64,000 nt of DNA from Myxococcota bacterium (GTDB taxonomy: Bacteria; Myxococcota_A; Polyangia; Polyangiales; Houyiibacteriaceae). The notes beneath the pieces are model-generated. The model had not been told where the DNA came from. It ran no database searches and saw only the letters and a list, made by a program, of their open reading frames with translations. Where the stretch lies: the NCBI GenBank assembly GCA_039177115.1, contig JBCDFZ010000019.1:6878-70877 (forward strand). Direction: 5' to 3'. Of the stretch, positions 18,369 to 26,787 are shown in pieces (the first letter of the stretch is position 1; each line of letters begins with the position of its first letter). A program made the position numbers and the translations under genes.

Positions 18369-19583
18369 CTACTCTTTTCGCCGTTCCTTGCGCTCCTCGC
18401 GTCGCTCTTCGCGGGCTTCGGGACCGGCTTTCGCATCCTTCGCTTCATCCGCCTCGGCACCGCCCTTTGCACCCTTCGCGTCGTGCGCCTCGGCACCACC
18501 CTTTGCACCTTTCGCGTCGCGCGCTTCGGAGCTGCGCGAACCTTTGTTCGGTGACGAGTTTGCTGCGGAGTCGTCGGTCTGCGCCTCGGCGTCCTTCGCG
18601 GGATCGGCATCCTTGTCTCGACAGCCCGGGCCGCCCTCGATCTTGACGGGCTTATGCACGTAGTGGAGTTTCTCGCTTTCGCGGCGACTGGCGATCTTTA
18701 GACCCATTCGCCCAAGCGCGCCCACCAGCCCCTGAGAGTCGACCGTCATCGTAACGGCTTCCTGACGCGCTGGGACGACCGCATGCGCGCGAAGCTCGTC
18801 ACGGCCGATGCAAGTTCGCGCCGTCAGGTCGACCAGCGGCTCCCCCGCAAGCTTCACCAAACCGTTGGCATAGGCGATGCGAACAGGCTTCGGGAGAGGC
18901 TTGGGCTTCGTCATCGTCCCGTGTACGTCTTCGATGTAGATCATGGGTCCGTCGTCTTTGGCTCTCCGGCGGACCATGATCTTGGCGTGCTCGACGTGAA
19001 ACTGGACCGGCTTTTCCGTAAACCCGAGGGTCAAGGTCGCGTCTCTGACGTCGACCGGGCCGATCTCCAGAAGCCACGGGTCTTCCTCCGGCTTCTTCTC
19101 TGGCGGGAGGTGGAGCCCCTGACGAACAGGAGGAGGAGTCTCTCCAAGGGCGTGCGTCAACGACACCTGGCCCGTCGCGTCACGGTAGAGCGTCACCTCG
19201 ATTCCCTGCACGGAGGCCTTTCGCATCCGGTAGACGCCGCGCCGAAGCGCGGTGACGTCGAAGTGTCCTTCCATCCGCTCCACGCGAAGCACCTCGCGTC
19301 CCTGCTTGTCGTTCATCGCGAAGTCGCTGAGGACGACGGACGCACGCCCTGAAAGCGCGAGCGAGTGGTCCCCCCGTTGAGGAGCGCGGGCTTGTTCTCG
19401 GTCCCCTTCCTCCCCACCCTGCCCCTCAGGCTCGAAAGGCGGTTCCCCGAGTACGCCGGGGTCGACGTCTCCCGCAGCCTCGTCGAGGTCCTCCGGCGAG
19501 CGAAACGCGCCGAGCCCCGCAAGGCCCCAAATCAGAAGACCCAACAGAACAACACCGGCGACCAGCCACCTAGAACGACCCAT
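18369..19583 (-). CDS. hypothetical N-terminally anchored protein with repeat-containing Lys/Ala/Glu-rich tail
   Basis: 404-aa ORF with TM anchor WLVAGVVLLGLLIWGLAGLGAF. The central region has a weak AsmA/TamB-like N-terminal pattern; this is a low-confidence impression. The C-terminus reads DAKGAKGGAEA x2 then REERREERKERRKE. Confidence 0.75.
   Translation of the reverse strand: MGRSRWLVAGVVLLGLLIWGLAGLGAFRSPEDLDEAAGDVDPGVLGEPPFEPEGQGGEEGDREQARAPQRGDHSLALSGRASVVLSDFAMNDKQGREVLRVERMEGHFDVTALRRGVYRMRKASVQGIEVTLYRDATGQVSLTHALGETPPPVRQGLHLPPEKKPEEDPWLLEIGPVDVRDATLTLGFTEKPVQFHVEHAKIMVRRRAKDDGPMIYIEDVHGTMTKPKPLPKPVRIAYANGLVKLAGEPLVDLTARTCIGRDELRAHAVVPARQEAVTMTVDSQGLVGALGRMGLKIASRRESEKLHYVHKPVKIEGGPGCRDKDADPAKDAEAQTDDSAANSSPNKGSRSSEARDAKGAKGGAEAHDAKGAKGGAEADEAKDAKAGPEAREERREERKERRKE
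18450..18521. repeat. in-frame 36-bp tandem repeat x2 (33/36 identical) in the 3' part of the 18369..19583 gene
   Basis: Units cgcctcggcaccgccctttgcacccttcgcgtcgtg and cgcctcggcaccaccctttgcacctttcgcgtcgcg, read directly. Confidence 0.8.
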
Positions 19584-19622
19584 CGTCGAAGCCCTACCAC
19601 ACGAAAACCGTGCGTGGATAGC

Positions 19623-20021
19623 CTAGGAGTCGAGCGGGAGCCCGATGCAGCCCTGAAAGCTGCCCGGATTCTCGTCGTCGGCGCTTCTTGGAGGCCTCGG
19701 CACCGTTTCGCAGGTCCACTGCTCTCGGCAGTCGTCGCTTGCGCTGCAGTCGACGAGGCAGATCCAGCCGGTCTCGAGCCCACCGCAGGACGAACCGCTT
19801 GGGCAATCGTTGTCGTTCCCGCAGGAGAGCGTGCAGATCCCACCCGGGAAACTCGACCCCATCTGGCAAAGAAGAAAGTCGCAGTCGAGACCGTCCATGC
19901 AGGGGCCACCGACGAGTGTGCTGTCATTGCCGGCCTCTCCCGGGAATCGCCCGTCACCGCACGAGGCAAGGACGACGAGCGCAGCAAGGCAAGAGAGCGA
20001 GACGAACACTGGGCTTCGCAT
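19623..20021 (-). CDS. cysteine-rich secreted lipoprotein
   Basis: ORF 19623..20045 trimmed to ATG 20019-20021. Lipobox VLASC. About 12 Cys in ~110 mature residues. Confidence 0.75.
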   Translation of the reverse strand: MRSPVFVSLSCLAALVVLASCGDGRFPGEAGNDSTLVGGPCMDGLDCDFLLCQMGSSFPGGICTLSCGNDNDCPSGSSCGGLETGWICLVDCSASDDCREQWTCETVPRPPRSADDENPGSFQGCIGLPLDS

Positions 20022-20090
20022 GGAGGCGGACGATATCCCAACCAAAACGTCGGGACCAGCGCCGCAGGAAGTGCTCCTGTTACATTCCCG

Positions 20091-20939
20091 TCACTTTTTG
20101 TCGATCCAACCGGATATCGACGACACGACCGACTGCGAGTCGCGCGCCCAGCGAACGTGGGCCCCCGGGCCCGGCTTGGGTTCGGACAGCGTCGCCTCGA
20201 CGCGATGGCCGCGAATCTTCGGAGCCTTCTCGAAGGTGAAGTCGACGGCATTCGCCGGACCCATCGAATCGCCGGCAATGCTGACGGTCAGAAGGTCGAC
20301 ATCGACCTCGCGAAGCGCAGCCTCGTAGTCGACCTGGCTGCCGATGGGTTCGTAGCGCGCGCTACGAGCGTTGCGGGACCAGTCGCGCATCAGCGTCCGG
20401 GCTTCCGTGCCGCCAAAGCCAAGTCGCTTGCCGGGTACATACCCCATCAACGTTCCGACGACGGGGAACAGCACCGTGGCAAACAAAATGTACGCACGGG
20501 TGAACCCGAACCAGCTTCGAAAGTACGGAATCGCGCACGCCACCTGGATCATGCCTGCAATGTCGGGGTCCGTGGCGGCCACGTGGAGCAACATGAGCTG
20601 CCCGCCGAGGCTGTGCCCTCCCACGAAAAGCGGGACGGACGGCGACACCCGCTCGTGCACCACGCGGAGCGCGGCCGGAATGTCGGACTCGACGATCTCC
20701 CGGTACCCGAAGTCGACCGCTCGTCTCGGGCGGAGGCTGCTCGTCCCGTTCCCCCGAAGATCGCAGAGCGCCACGCCAATCCCCTTGGCGGCCATCGCTT
20801 CCGCGAACCCGGTGTAATAGCGCGCCTCGACCCCGAGGGCCGCAACGAACACGTAGAACGCCCTAGGTGCCTCAGGTATCGCCACGAGCAGTTCGAGGGT
20901 GTGTCCATCGTCCGCGGTCACAGGCCATCTTTCAATCAT
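20091..20939 (-). CDS. alpha/beta hydrolase (Ser nucleophile)
   Basis: ORF 20091..21026 trimmed to ATG 20937-20939. GHSLGG nucleophile elbow. Confidence 0.8.
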   Translation of the reverse strand: MIERWPVTADDGHTLELLVAIPEAPRAFYVFVAALGVEARYYTGFAEAMAAKGIGVALCDLRGNGTSSLRPRRAVDFGYREIVESDIPAALRVVHERVSPSVPLFVGGHSLGGQLMLLHVAATDPDIAGMIQVACAIPYFRSWFGFTRAYILFATVLFPVVGTLMGYVPGKRLGFGGTEARTLMRDWSRNARSARYEPIGSQVDYEAALREVDVDLLTVSIAGDSMGPANAVDFTFEKAPKIRGHRVEATLSEPKPGPGAHVRWARDSQSVVSSISGWIDKK

Positions 20940-21038
20940 CTGTCTGACCCCTTCACCGACTCGCTCGCCCGTGCTCACGCAGCACCGCATGGCACTCCGC
21001 GCCACCGCGGGCAAACGTGCGTGCACAAAATCGCAGGG

Positions 21039-22565
21039 TCAGGCGGCCTTGATGTCGGGGGCGGTATCTGGGTCTCCGCAGAGACAGCGACATGGTTTTT
21101 CTGCGGCAGCCTTCCACTCGCAGAGCTCTGCGATGCGACCCTGACCGTCGCGGCGAGGCCCGATGCGAACGAACGTCTGCGCGCCGAGCCGTACGGTGCA
21201 TTCCGGATCGGCGAATGCCTGCGACCAGAAGCCCCCGTTGTAGAAGGCAATGGGGCCGATTTGTTCGCACTTGGGCTGATGGGTATGGCCGAACACGGCA
21301 CGCCGCATGCCCGTGATCTTGAAAATGAGCTCGGCGCGCTCCTCGCTGAGAAGCGGTGCCTGGAACACCGTGGGCTTCACCGACGACGCGTAGGCCACGT
21401 ACGGAAACATGAACAGGGCGAGCGGGACGAACACCCAGAGCGGGCTGATCGGCCAGGCGATGTTGATGTGCAGAACGACTTGCCACGCCAGAAACAGCGC
21501 GGCGAGCAAGAAGAACGCACGGTCGAGCCACAGTTCTCGGGCGATTCGGAACGGACTGTCGGTGGCTGAAGCCACGTGCACGGCGTTGAGCTTTCGCACC
21601 ATCGAGGGCGTCGCCTGAGAACGCATGGCGATCGAACGGACTTTGTCGTCAACCAGCAAGGGGTCGCGCATGGCCTGAACCCAATGGGTGCGAAGCGAGA
21701 TCCACAGCGTGGCGTAGGCCCCCCAGAGCCACGTCCATAGAAGCAGCGGCTGCGTTCGAAGCATGTACTTGTAGAAGAACTTCACGTAGGAAGCCGCGCT
21801 CATGATGTAGTTCTCGGACTGGTGCGGGTTGAAGTACCCCATGCCGTTGATCATGTACCGCGCAGCCAGATCCCCGAACGGGATTCGCACGCGGGGGGTA
21901 CCGTGTACCTCGATCAGAGGATCGATCGGATCGGGGACGACGCAGTTGGGATCGTACTGGTGGCCATGGCTCACGTACGTGTCGTCGCCGCTGAGGTAGA
22001 ACCAGTTGCAAAATACGACGGGGTCGTGGCTGGACATCCGCTCGCCCGAGTCCTGCGCGAGGCCTTCCTGCGGGTTTCGCGCGCCTTCCTCGAGGAGCCC
22101 GAGTGGAACCTCCACGCCGAGCGCGTCGCAGATCAAGCGCTGCACCGACGGCCAGTGAAGCTCGAGGTCGTGGTTCCCGATGACGAAAACTGCCCGATGT
22201 CCGTTTCGAACGAACTCTCCGAGCGCTTCGAACCAACGTCGATGCTCCTCGATGATGACCTTCATCTTGAACTCGCTCTTCCACTCGTCGCTCGAGAGCC
22301 CACGGAGGCGCTCGAGCCAATCGACGTAGCGACCGTCCTCAGGAAGCGTGGTCACGCTGTCGAAGTCGAAAATGTCGCCGTTCAAGATGAGCTCTATCGG
22401 CCCATCCGATTCGCGCTGCACGTACTCGAGGAACCGCGCGAAGTCCTCGTCGATGAAGAACTCGCGCCGTTTGTAGGCCATCCAATGGGGTCGACGCGGG
22501 TCCGGCTCCTGCACATCGGCCAGATGCATGTCGGACACAATGAACGTGTGAAGATTGGAACTCAT
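21039..22565 (-). CDS. LpxH-like metallophosphoesterase with a multi-TM insertion
   Basis: 508-aa ORF. Motifs SDMHL, GDIFDFD, GNHD and HGH are followed by ~200 aa of hydrophobic helices and then GHTH. Confidence 0.85.
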   Translation of the reverse strand: MSSNLHTFIVSDMHLADVQEPDPRRPHWMAYKRREFFIDEDFARFLEYVQRESDGPIELILNGDIFDFDSVTTLPEDGRYVDWLERLRGLSSDEWKSEFKMKVIIEEHRRWFEALGEFVRNGHRAVFVIGNHDLELHWPSVQRLICDALGVEVPLGLLEEGARNPQEGLAQDSGERMSSHDPVVFCNWFYLSGDDTYVSHGHQYDPNCVVPDPIDPLIEVHGTPRVRIPFGDLAARYMINGMGYFNPHQSENYIMSAASYVKFFYKYMLRTQPLLLWTWLWGAYATLWISLRTHWVQAMRDPLLVDDKVRSIAMRSQATPSMVRKLNAVHVASATDSPFRIARELWLDRAFFLLAALFLAWQVVLHINIAWPISPLWVFVPLALFMFPYVAYASSVKPTVFQAPLLSEERAELIFKITGMRRAVFGHTHQPKCEQIGPIAFYNGGFWSQAFADPECTVRLGAQTFVRIGPRRDGQGRIAELCEWKAAAEKPCRCLCGDPDTAPDIKAA

Positions 22566-22708
22566 GGGTGCCGAAGCATCAGTGTGTCAGGCCGAGCCGT
22601 CGCGCTCCAGTCCGTGGTCCACGTGCCGCGGTTGCCGCGCAAACCGCCCGTTGACGCCGTTCGGGCCATCCCCATGATCCGTGCCGGTGGTTGTTCGAGG
22701 AGGACGCG

Positions 22709-23653
22709 ATGGCATCAACTGACTGGACCTTCGGGGGAACGTGGCCGTACTCTCCCCAATACTTCGACTCGCCCGACGGTCGAATGCACTACGTGGACGA
22801 AGGGCCCCGAGACGGGAAACCGGTGGTCATGGTTCACGGAAACCCGACATGGGGCTACCTCTACCGGAACTTCATCCCCTCTCTGGCGGACGCGGGCTAC
22901 CGGTGTATCGTACCCGACCACCTGGGGTTCGGCCGATCCGACAAGCCCAAAGACGCCCGGGTCTATCAGGTCCCGCGCCACGCCCAGCGCCTCGAGAGCC
23001 TGCTGGAATCGCTCGACCTCCGCGATGCCACGTTGGTCTCACAAGACTGGGGTGGCGCGCTCGGATTCTACTGGGCAACGCGGCACTCGGATCGAATCGC
23101 TGCGCTTTGCATCCTGAACACAGCGGCACACCGTCCTCCCGGAAAGGTGAACCTGCCCCTTCCGCTCCATTTGTTTCGCACGCCCGGTGTCGGCGAAGCG
23201 ATGGTCAAGAGCGCCCATCTGTTCGTGCGCGGTTTCTTGTTCAAGGCGGGCATCATGCACCAAGACCGCATCACGCCAGAGATGAAGGCCGCTTACCTGG
23301 CGCCGCACCCGAGCTACGCATCGCGCACGTCGATCTTGGTGTTCCCGCGTGAGATTCCGGCGGACTCCACGGGTCGCGTTGCCGAGTTCCTCGGCGAAGT
23401 CGAAAGCGGCTTGAAAAAACTCAGCGACAAACCGACGATGATCGCCTGGGCCATGAAAGACATCGCGTTCCTGCCCGAGTACCTCGACGACCTGTGGCTT
23501 CGCGACTTCCCGAACGCCCATGTCTTGCGCCTCCCAGACGCCGGCCATTACCTCCAAGAGGACGCGCACGAGCGAATCGTCCCGGAACTCGTCAAACATC
23601 TCGGCTCCGTGTTCCATGACGCGGCGACCGAGCACCAGGGCGCGGCCCACTAG
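22709..23653 (+). CDS. haloalkane dehalogenase-like alpha/beta hydrolase
   Basis: ORF 22691..23653 trimmed to ATG 22709 after GAGGAGG. Motifs HGNPTW and SQDWGG (Asp nucleophile). Confidence 0.85.
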   Translation: MASTDWTFGGTWPYSPQYFDSPDGRMHYVDEGPRDGKPVVMVHGNPTWGYLYRNFIPSLADAGYRCIVPDHLGFGRSDKPKDARVYQVPRHAQRLESLLESLDLRDATLVSQDWGGALGFYWATRHSDRIAALCILNTAAHRPPGKVNLPLPLHLFRTPGVGEAMVKSAHLFVRGFLFKAGIMHQDRITPEMKAAYLAPHPSYASRTSILVFPREIPADSTGRVAEFLGEVESGLKKLSDKPTMIAWAMKDIAFLPEYLDDLWLRDFPNAHVLRLPDAGHYLQEDAHERIVPELVKHLGSVFHDAATEHQGAAH

Positions 23654-23657
23654 CTCG

Positions 23658-24377
23658 ATGCGGCTCTACGATGAGTTGGCGCCCTGGTACCGGCTCATCG
23701 ATCCCGTGAGCGACCACGAAAACGAGGCGACCGAAATCCGGGACGCACTGCGCGAGCACGTCGCGCACGAGCAACCGACCCTCCTCGAGCTCGGTGCCGG
23801 CGCGGGCAACAACGCGCACTTCTTGAAACGCGATTTCCAGTGCACTCTCGTCGACACGTCGGAGGCGATGCTCGGGTTGAGCCGTGAGATCAACCCCGAC
23901 TGCGAGCACATCGCTGGAGACATGCGCACACTACGACTCGGGCGCGAGTTCGACGCGGTCCTCGTGCACGATGCCGTGGTCTACATGACCAGTGTGCGAC
24001 AGCTAGAAGCTGCGGCCGCGACCGCGTTCGTCCACACGCGTCCCGACGGGGCCGCCCTCTTCGCCCCCGACTACGTGCGCGATTCGTTCGAGGAAGAAGC
24101 GACCCTCCACGAGGGCCGCGACGGATCCCGTGCGATGCGGTGCCTCGAGTGGGTTTGGGACCCCGACCCCACGGACGACGTCTATCGCGTCGACTACGCC
24201 TTCCTGCTCCGCGAAGACTCGGAGGTACGACAGGTTCACGACGTCCATCTCGAGGGCTTCTTCTCGAGGTCGCTCTGGGAGAACGTGCTCAGTGCGGTAG
24301 GCTACGAAGTTCGCCGAATTCGGCGGTCCTTACCTCAAGGCGAGACCGACGAGGTCTTCCTCTGCCGCAGGCCTTGA
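23658..24377 (+). CDS. class I SAM-dependent methyltransferase
   Basis: ORF 23520..24377 trimmed to ATG 23658, 4 nt after the upstream stop. Motif I LLELGAGAGNN. Confidence 0.85.
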   Translation: MRLYDELAPWYRLIDPVSDHENEATEIRDALREHVAHEQPTLLELGAGAGNNAHFLKRDFQCTLVDTSEAMLGLSREINPDCEHIAGDMRTLRLGREFDAVLVHDAVVYMTSVRQLEAAAATAFVHTRPDGAALFAPDYVRDSFEEEATLHEGRDGSRAMRCLEWVWDPDPTDDVYRVDYAFLLREDSEVRQVHDVHLEGFFSRSLWENVLSAVGYEVRRIRRSLPQGETDEVFLCRRP

Positions 24378-24404
24378 AGGCACCCGGATACCCTGGTTTC
24401 TGCC

Positions 24405-24433
24405 CTTGACAGCCCCCGTGGGCACGCTATCCC
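24405..24433 (+). promoter_or_regulatory. candidate tRNA promoter: TTGACA (24405-24410), 17-nt spacer, TATCCC (24428-24433)
   Basis: Read from the sequence. The -10 element ends 10 nt before the tRNA 5' end. Confidence 0.4.
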
Positions 24434-24443
24434 TCGCAGCCAT

Positions 24444-24519
24444 TCCAGCGTAGCTCAGTTGGTAGAGCGGGCGACTGTTAATCGCTTGGTCGTAGGTTCG
24501 AGTCCTACCGCTGGAGCCA
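24444..24519 (+). tRNA. tRNA-Asn (anticodon GUU), CCA encoded
   Basis: Hand-folded cloverleaf. Acceptor TCCAGCG/CGCTGGA, D arm GCTC/GAGC, anticodon arm GGCGA-CTGTTAA-TCGCT, T arm GTAGG-TTCGAGT-CCTAC, discriminator G, then CCA. Confidence 0.95.
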
Positions 24520-24555
24520 AGATCTCGGACAGTGGCGGTGGAGTGTCCGTGGCGT

Positions 24556-25188
24556 TCACCGCCAAGGGCAAGGCAACCGCGCTGCGATGTCTTCATCACG
24601 GATTGCCGCCGAGGCGGAGCACGCCCCGACCTGCTCGAGCGCACCACGCATAACAGTGCCGCCGCCATCATCGACACGTACACGGACGCGGCGGGCCTCT
24701 GGCCGACGCTCGTCCAGACGGTGGAGCGGTCTCTCCGTCACCTGGCCAGAAGAATCGGCGGAGGCCGTGGTTGCCGCAGTTGCGAATCCCAAGACGCGCA
24801 CAGAAGCCTGATGAGCTGAGAGAGCGTCAGAAATGCGGCGTTCCAGGGTCGGCCAACACGCGGACGGAAGCGACCGTGCGATAGCGAAGTCGTTCGTAGA
24901 GAGCGCGTGCAATCGGTGTGGCGTGAAGCACGTTGGTGCTGCCTGCTCCAGCAACGACGCGCCGCCCTCATCGCCGAACCGCCAGATACCATTGTAGGGC
25001 GGGTTCGGGACCGGCGTGTGAACTACGAGTCGTGTCTCAGTATCGACGACCCGGCCGCCGGGCCCTGAGCCAAGGTTGCGCCCGAACGACCAAAGGTTGC
25101 CTTCGAGCGCGCGAACCAGCTCGTTGGGCGACGCGGCCATGTCGGAGTGCAGCGTACCTCCCGGCCGCTCAGCACTCAAGCTGGGCAC
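24556..25188 (-). pseudogene. hypothetical ORF; N-terminal ~70 codons look like a GNAT-type acetyltransferase N-terminus and the rest looks degenerate
   Basis: The N-terminus reads ELVRALEGNLWSFGRNLG...TPVPNPPYNGIWRF. GC3 drops in the distal half, and the opposite strand (24590-24760) has higher GC3 in one frame. No acetyl-CoA motif is visible. Confidence 0.3.
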
Positions 25189-25275
25189 GCGATGCCAATG
25201 CAGCCAGTTGGTTCATGCGGGCGTCAGCGTCGCCGAGTACGATGGTAGCGCACGCAACATCTAGTACCGCGAAGT

Positions 25276-26646
25276 TCAGCGCGTTTCTTGAGCCCGATCG
25301 GCCAAGAGAGCGGGGGGCCGACCTCGCATGAACAGGGCACTAAGCACCACGCCCACGGCGGCCAACGCGCCGTTCACGACGAACGCCTTGCTGATGCCCT
25401 CCGAGAGCGAAGCCGAGGTCGCGACGATGGCGGTATTCATCCCGAGGCCGATGGCCCCGCCCGCGACGTTCGCCATGTAGATGATGGCGCCAGCCAGGCT
25501 CGACTGGGACGCGTCTAGCGCAGTCACGGCGGCCGTCGTCACAGAGGAATAGAAGAGCCCGATCCCGACTCCGAGGACGAGCATACCAGGAATGAGCTGG
25601 TCATAAGTGGTTGTCGGCTTGACGAGTGAGAGCAAGAACATGCCGCCCGCCAACAGGGCCGCGCCGGCCGAGACGAGGAGTTTCGCGCCAAAGGATTCAT
25701 GCACGCGCCCTGCGACGAACGACACCAAGGCATACGTCAGCATCACCGGCAGCAGACCGAGGCCCGATTGGACCGCGGTGTAACCCAGCTTCTTCGTCAT
25801 GAACTGAGGCAGGTAGATGAGCGCTCCAAAGAAGACCGCCGCGATCATGAGAGTCGTCAGCGCGGCCATCGCGAAGGTCAGGTTCTTCATGACCGACTCG
25901 GGCACCAACGCGGTATCGCCGACGCGGCTATCGAAAAGCCAGAAACCGAACAGCAACATGGCCGCGAACGCAAACAGCAAGAGGATGACGGGGTCCGTCC
26001 AGCCGCGGTCGACGCCCCAGTCGAGTGCGAGCAGCAGCGCGAAGAGACCGGCCGTCAGGAGCGCCGTTCCTACGTAGTCGACTCGTTCATCGGGCGCCGC
26101 GGGCTTGTCGCGCGGAACGACGAGCATCACGATTGTGATCCCGATCAACGCGACGGGAAGGTTGATGAAGAAGATCCATCGCCACCCGAGGGTGTCGGTG
26201 AGGCCGCCGCCGAGAAGCGGCCCCGCAGCATTGCCGATCCCCGCAACCCCGATGACGAGGCCTCCGGCGAGCCCTGCGCGGCTGTCGGGCACGATGGCGA
26301 AGGTCATTCCGAGCACGGCCGGCCACATCATGGCCCCACCGATCCCCATGATGCCTCGGCAAATGAGGAGCAGCGCTGTGTTCGGTGCAAGCCCGCCAAC
26401 GACCGAGAATACGGCAAAGATCCAAGCCCCGATCAGGAAGATGCGCCGCCGGCCGAACATGTCCGCGAGCCGACCCCCGGTCACGATGAAGACACCAAAG
26501 ACGATGGCGTAGCTGTTGATCACCCACTGCGCGGTGCTGATGTCGGTCTTGAAGGATTTTTCGATCGCGGGGATGGCGACCGACAGTGCGGTGAAGTCGT
26601 TCGCGACGACGAACACGCCGACGGCCATCGCAACCAAGCCAATCAT
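25276..26646 (-). CDS. MFS transporter, DHA2 (14-TM drug:H+ antiporter) type
   Basis: ORF 25276..26769. The preferred start is ATG 26644-26646 after AGGGA; GTG 26676 or GTG 26769 are also possible. Has the GRLADMFGRRR motif and about 14 hydrophobic segments. Confidence 0.9.
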   Translation of the reverse strand: MIGLVAMAVGVFVVANDFTALSVAIPAIEKSFKTDISTAQWVINSYAIVFGVFIVTGGRLADMFGRRRIFLIGAWIFAVFSVVGGLAPNTALLLICRGIMGIGGAMMWPAVLGMTFAIVPDSRAGLAGGLVIGVAGIGNAAGPLLGGGLTDTLGWRWIFFINLPVALIGITIVMLVVPRDKPAAPDERVDYVGTALLTAGLFALLLALDWGVDRGWTDPVILLLFAFAAMLLFGFWLFDSRVGDTALVPESVMKNLTFAMAALTTLMIAAVFFGALIYLPQFMTKKLGYTAVQSGLGLLPVMLTYALVSFVAGRVHESFGAKLLVSAGAALLAGGMFLLSLVKPTTTYDQLIPGMLVLGVGIGLFYSSVTTAAVTALDASQSSLAGAIIYMANVAGGAIGLGMNTAIVATSASLSEGISKAFVVNGALAAVGVVLSALFMRGRPPALLADRAQETR

Positions 26647-26787
26647 GGCGTCCCTGTCGAGCCGTTCGGCGTTCACCGTGGACCTATAGTGCGGCGTTGG
26701 GGTCGGTGCGAATCCGGCACCGTCGTCAAGCTTGGCCCGAGCGGAGCACCTGACCCGGAGATCCGCCACGGCGAACCGATACTTGCG

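Noticed and set aside
19365-21569. 734-aa plus-strand ORF, the longest plus-strand ORF in that region.
   Set aside because: It spans the antisense of four separate, well-supported minus-strand genes (the 5' end of the anchored protein, the lipoprotein, the hydrolase and the phosphoesterase). It is Arg/Pro/Gly-rich and shows no coherent domain.
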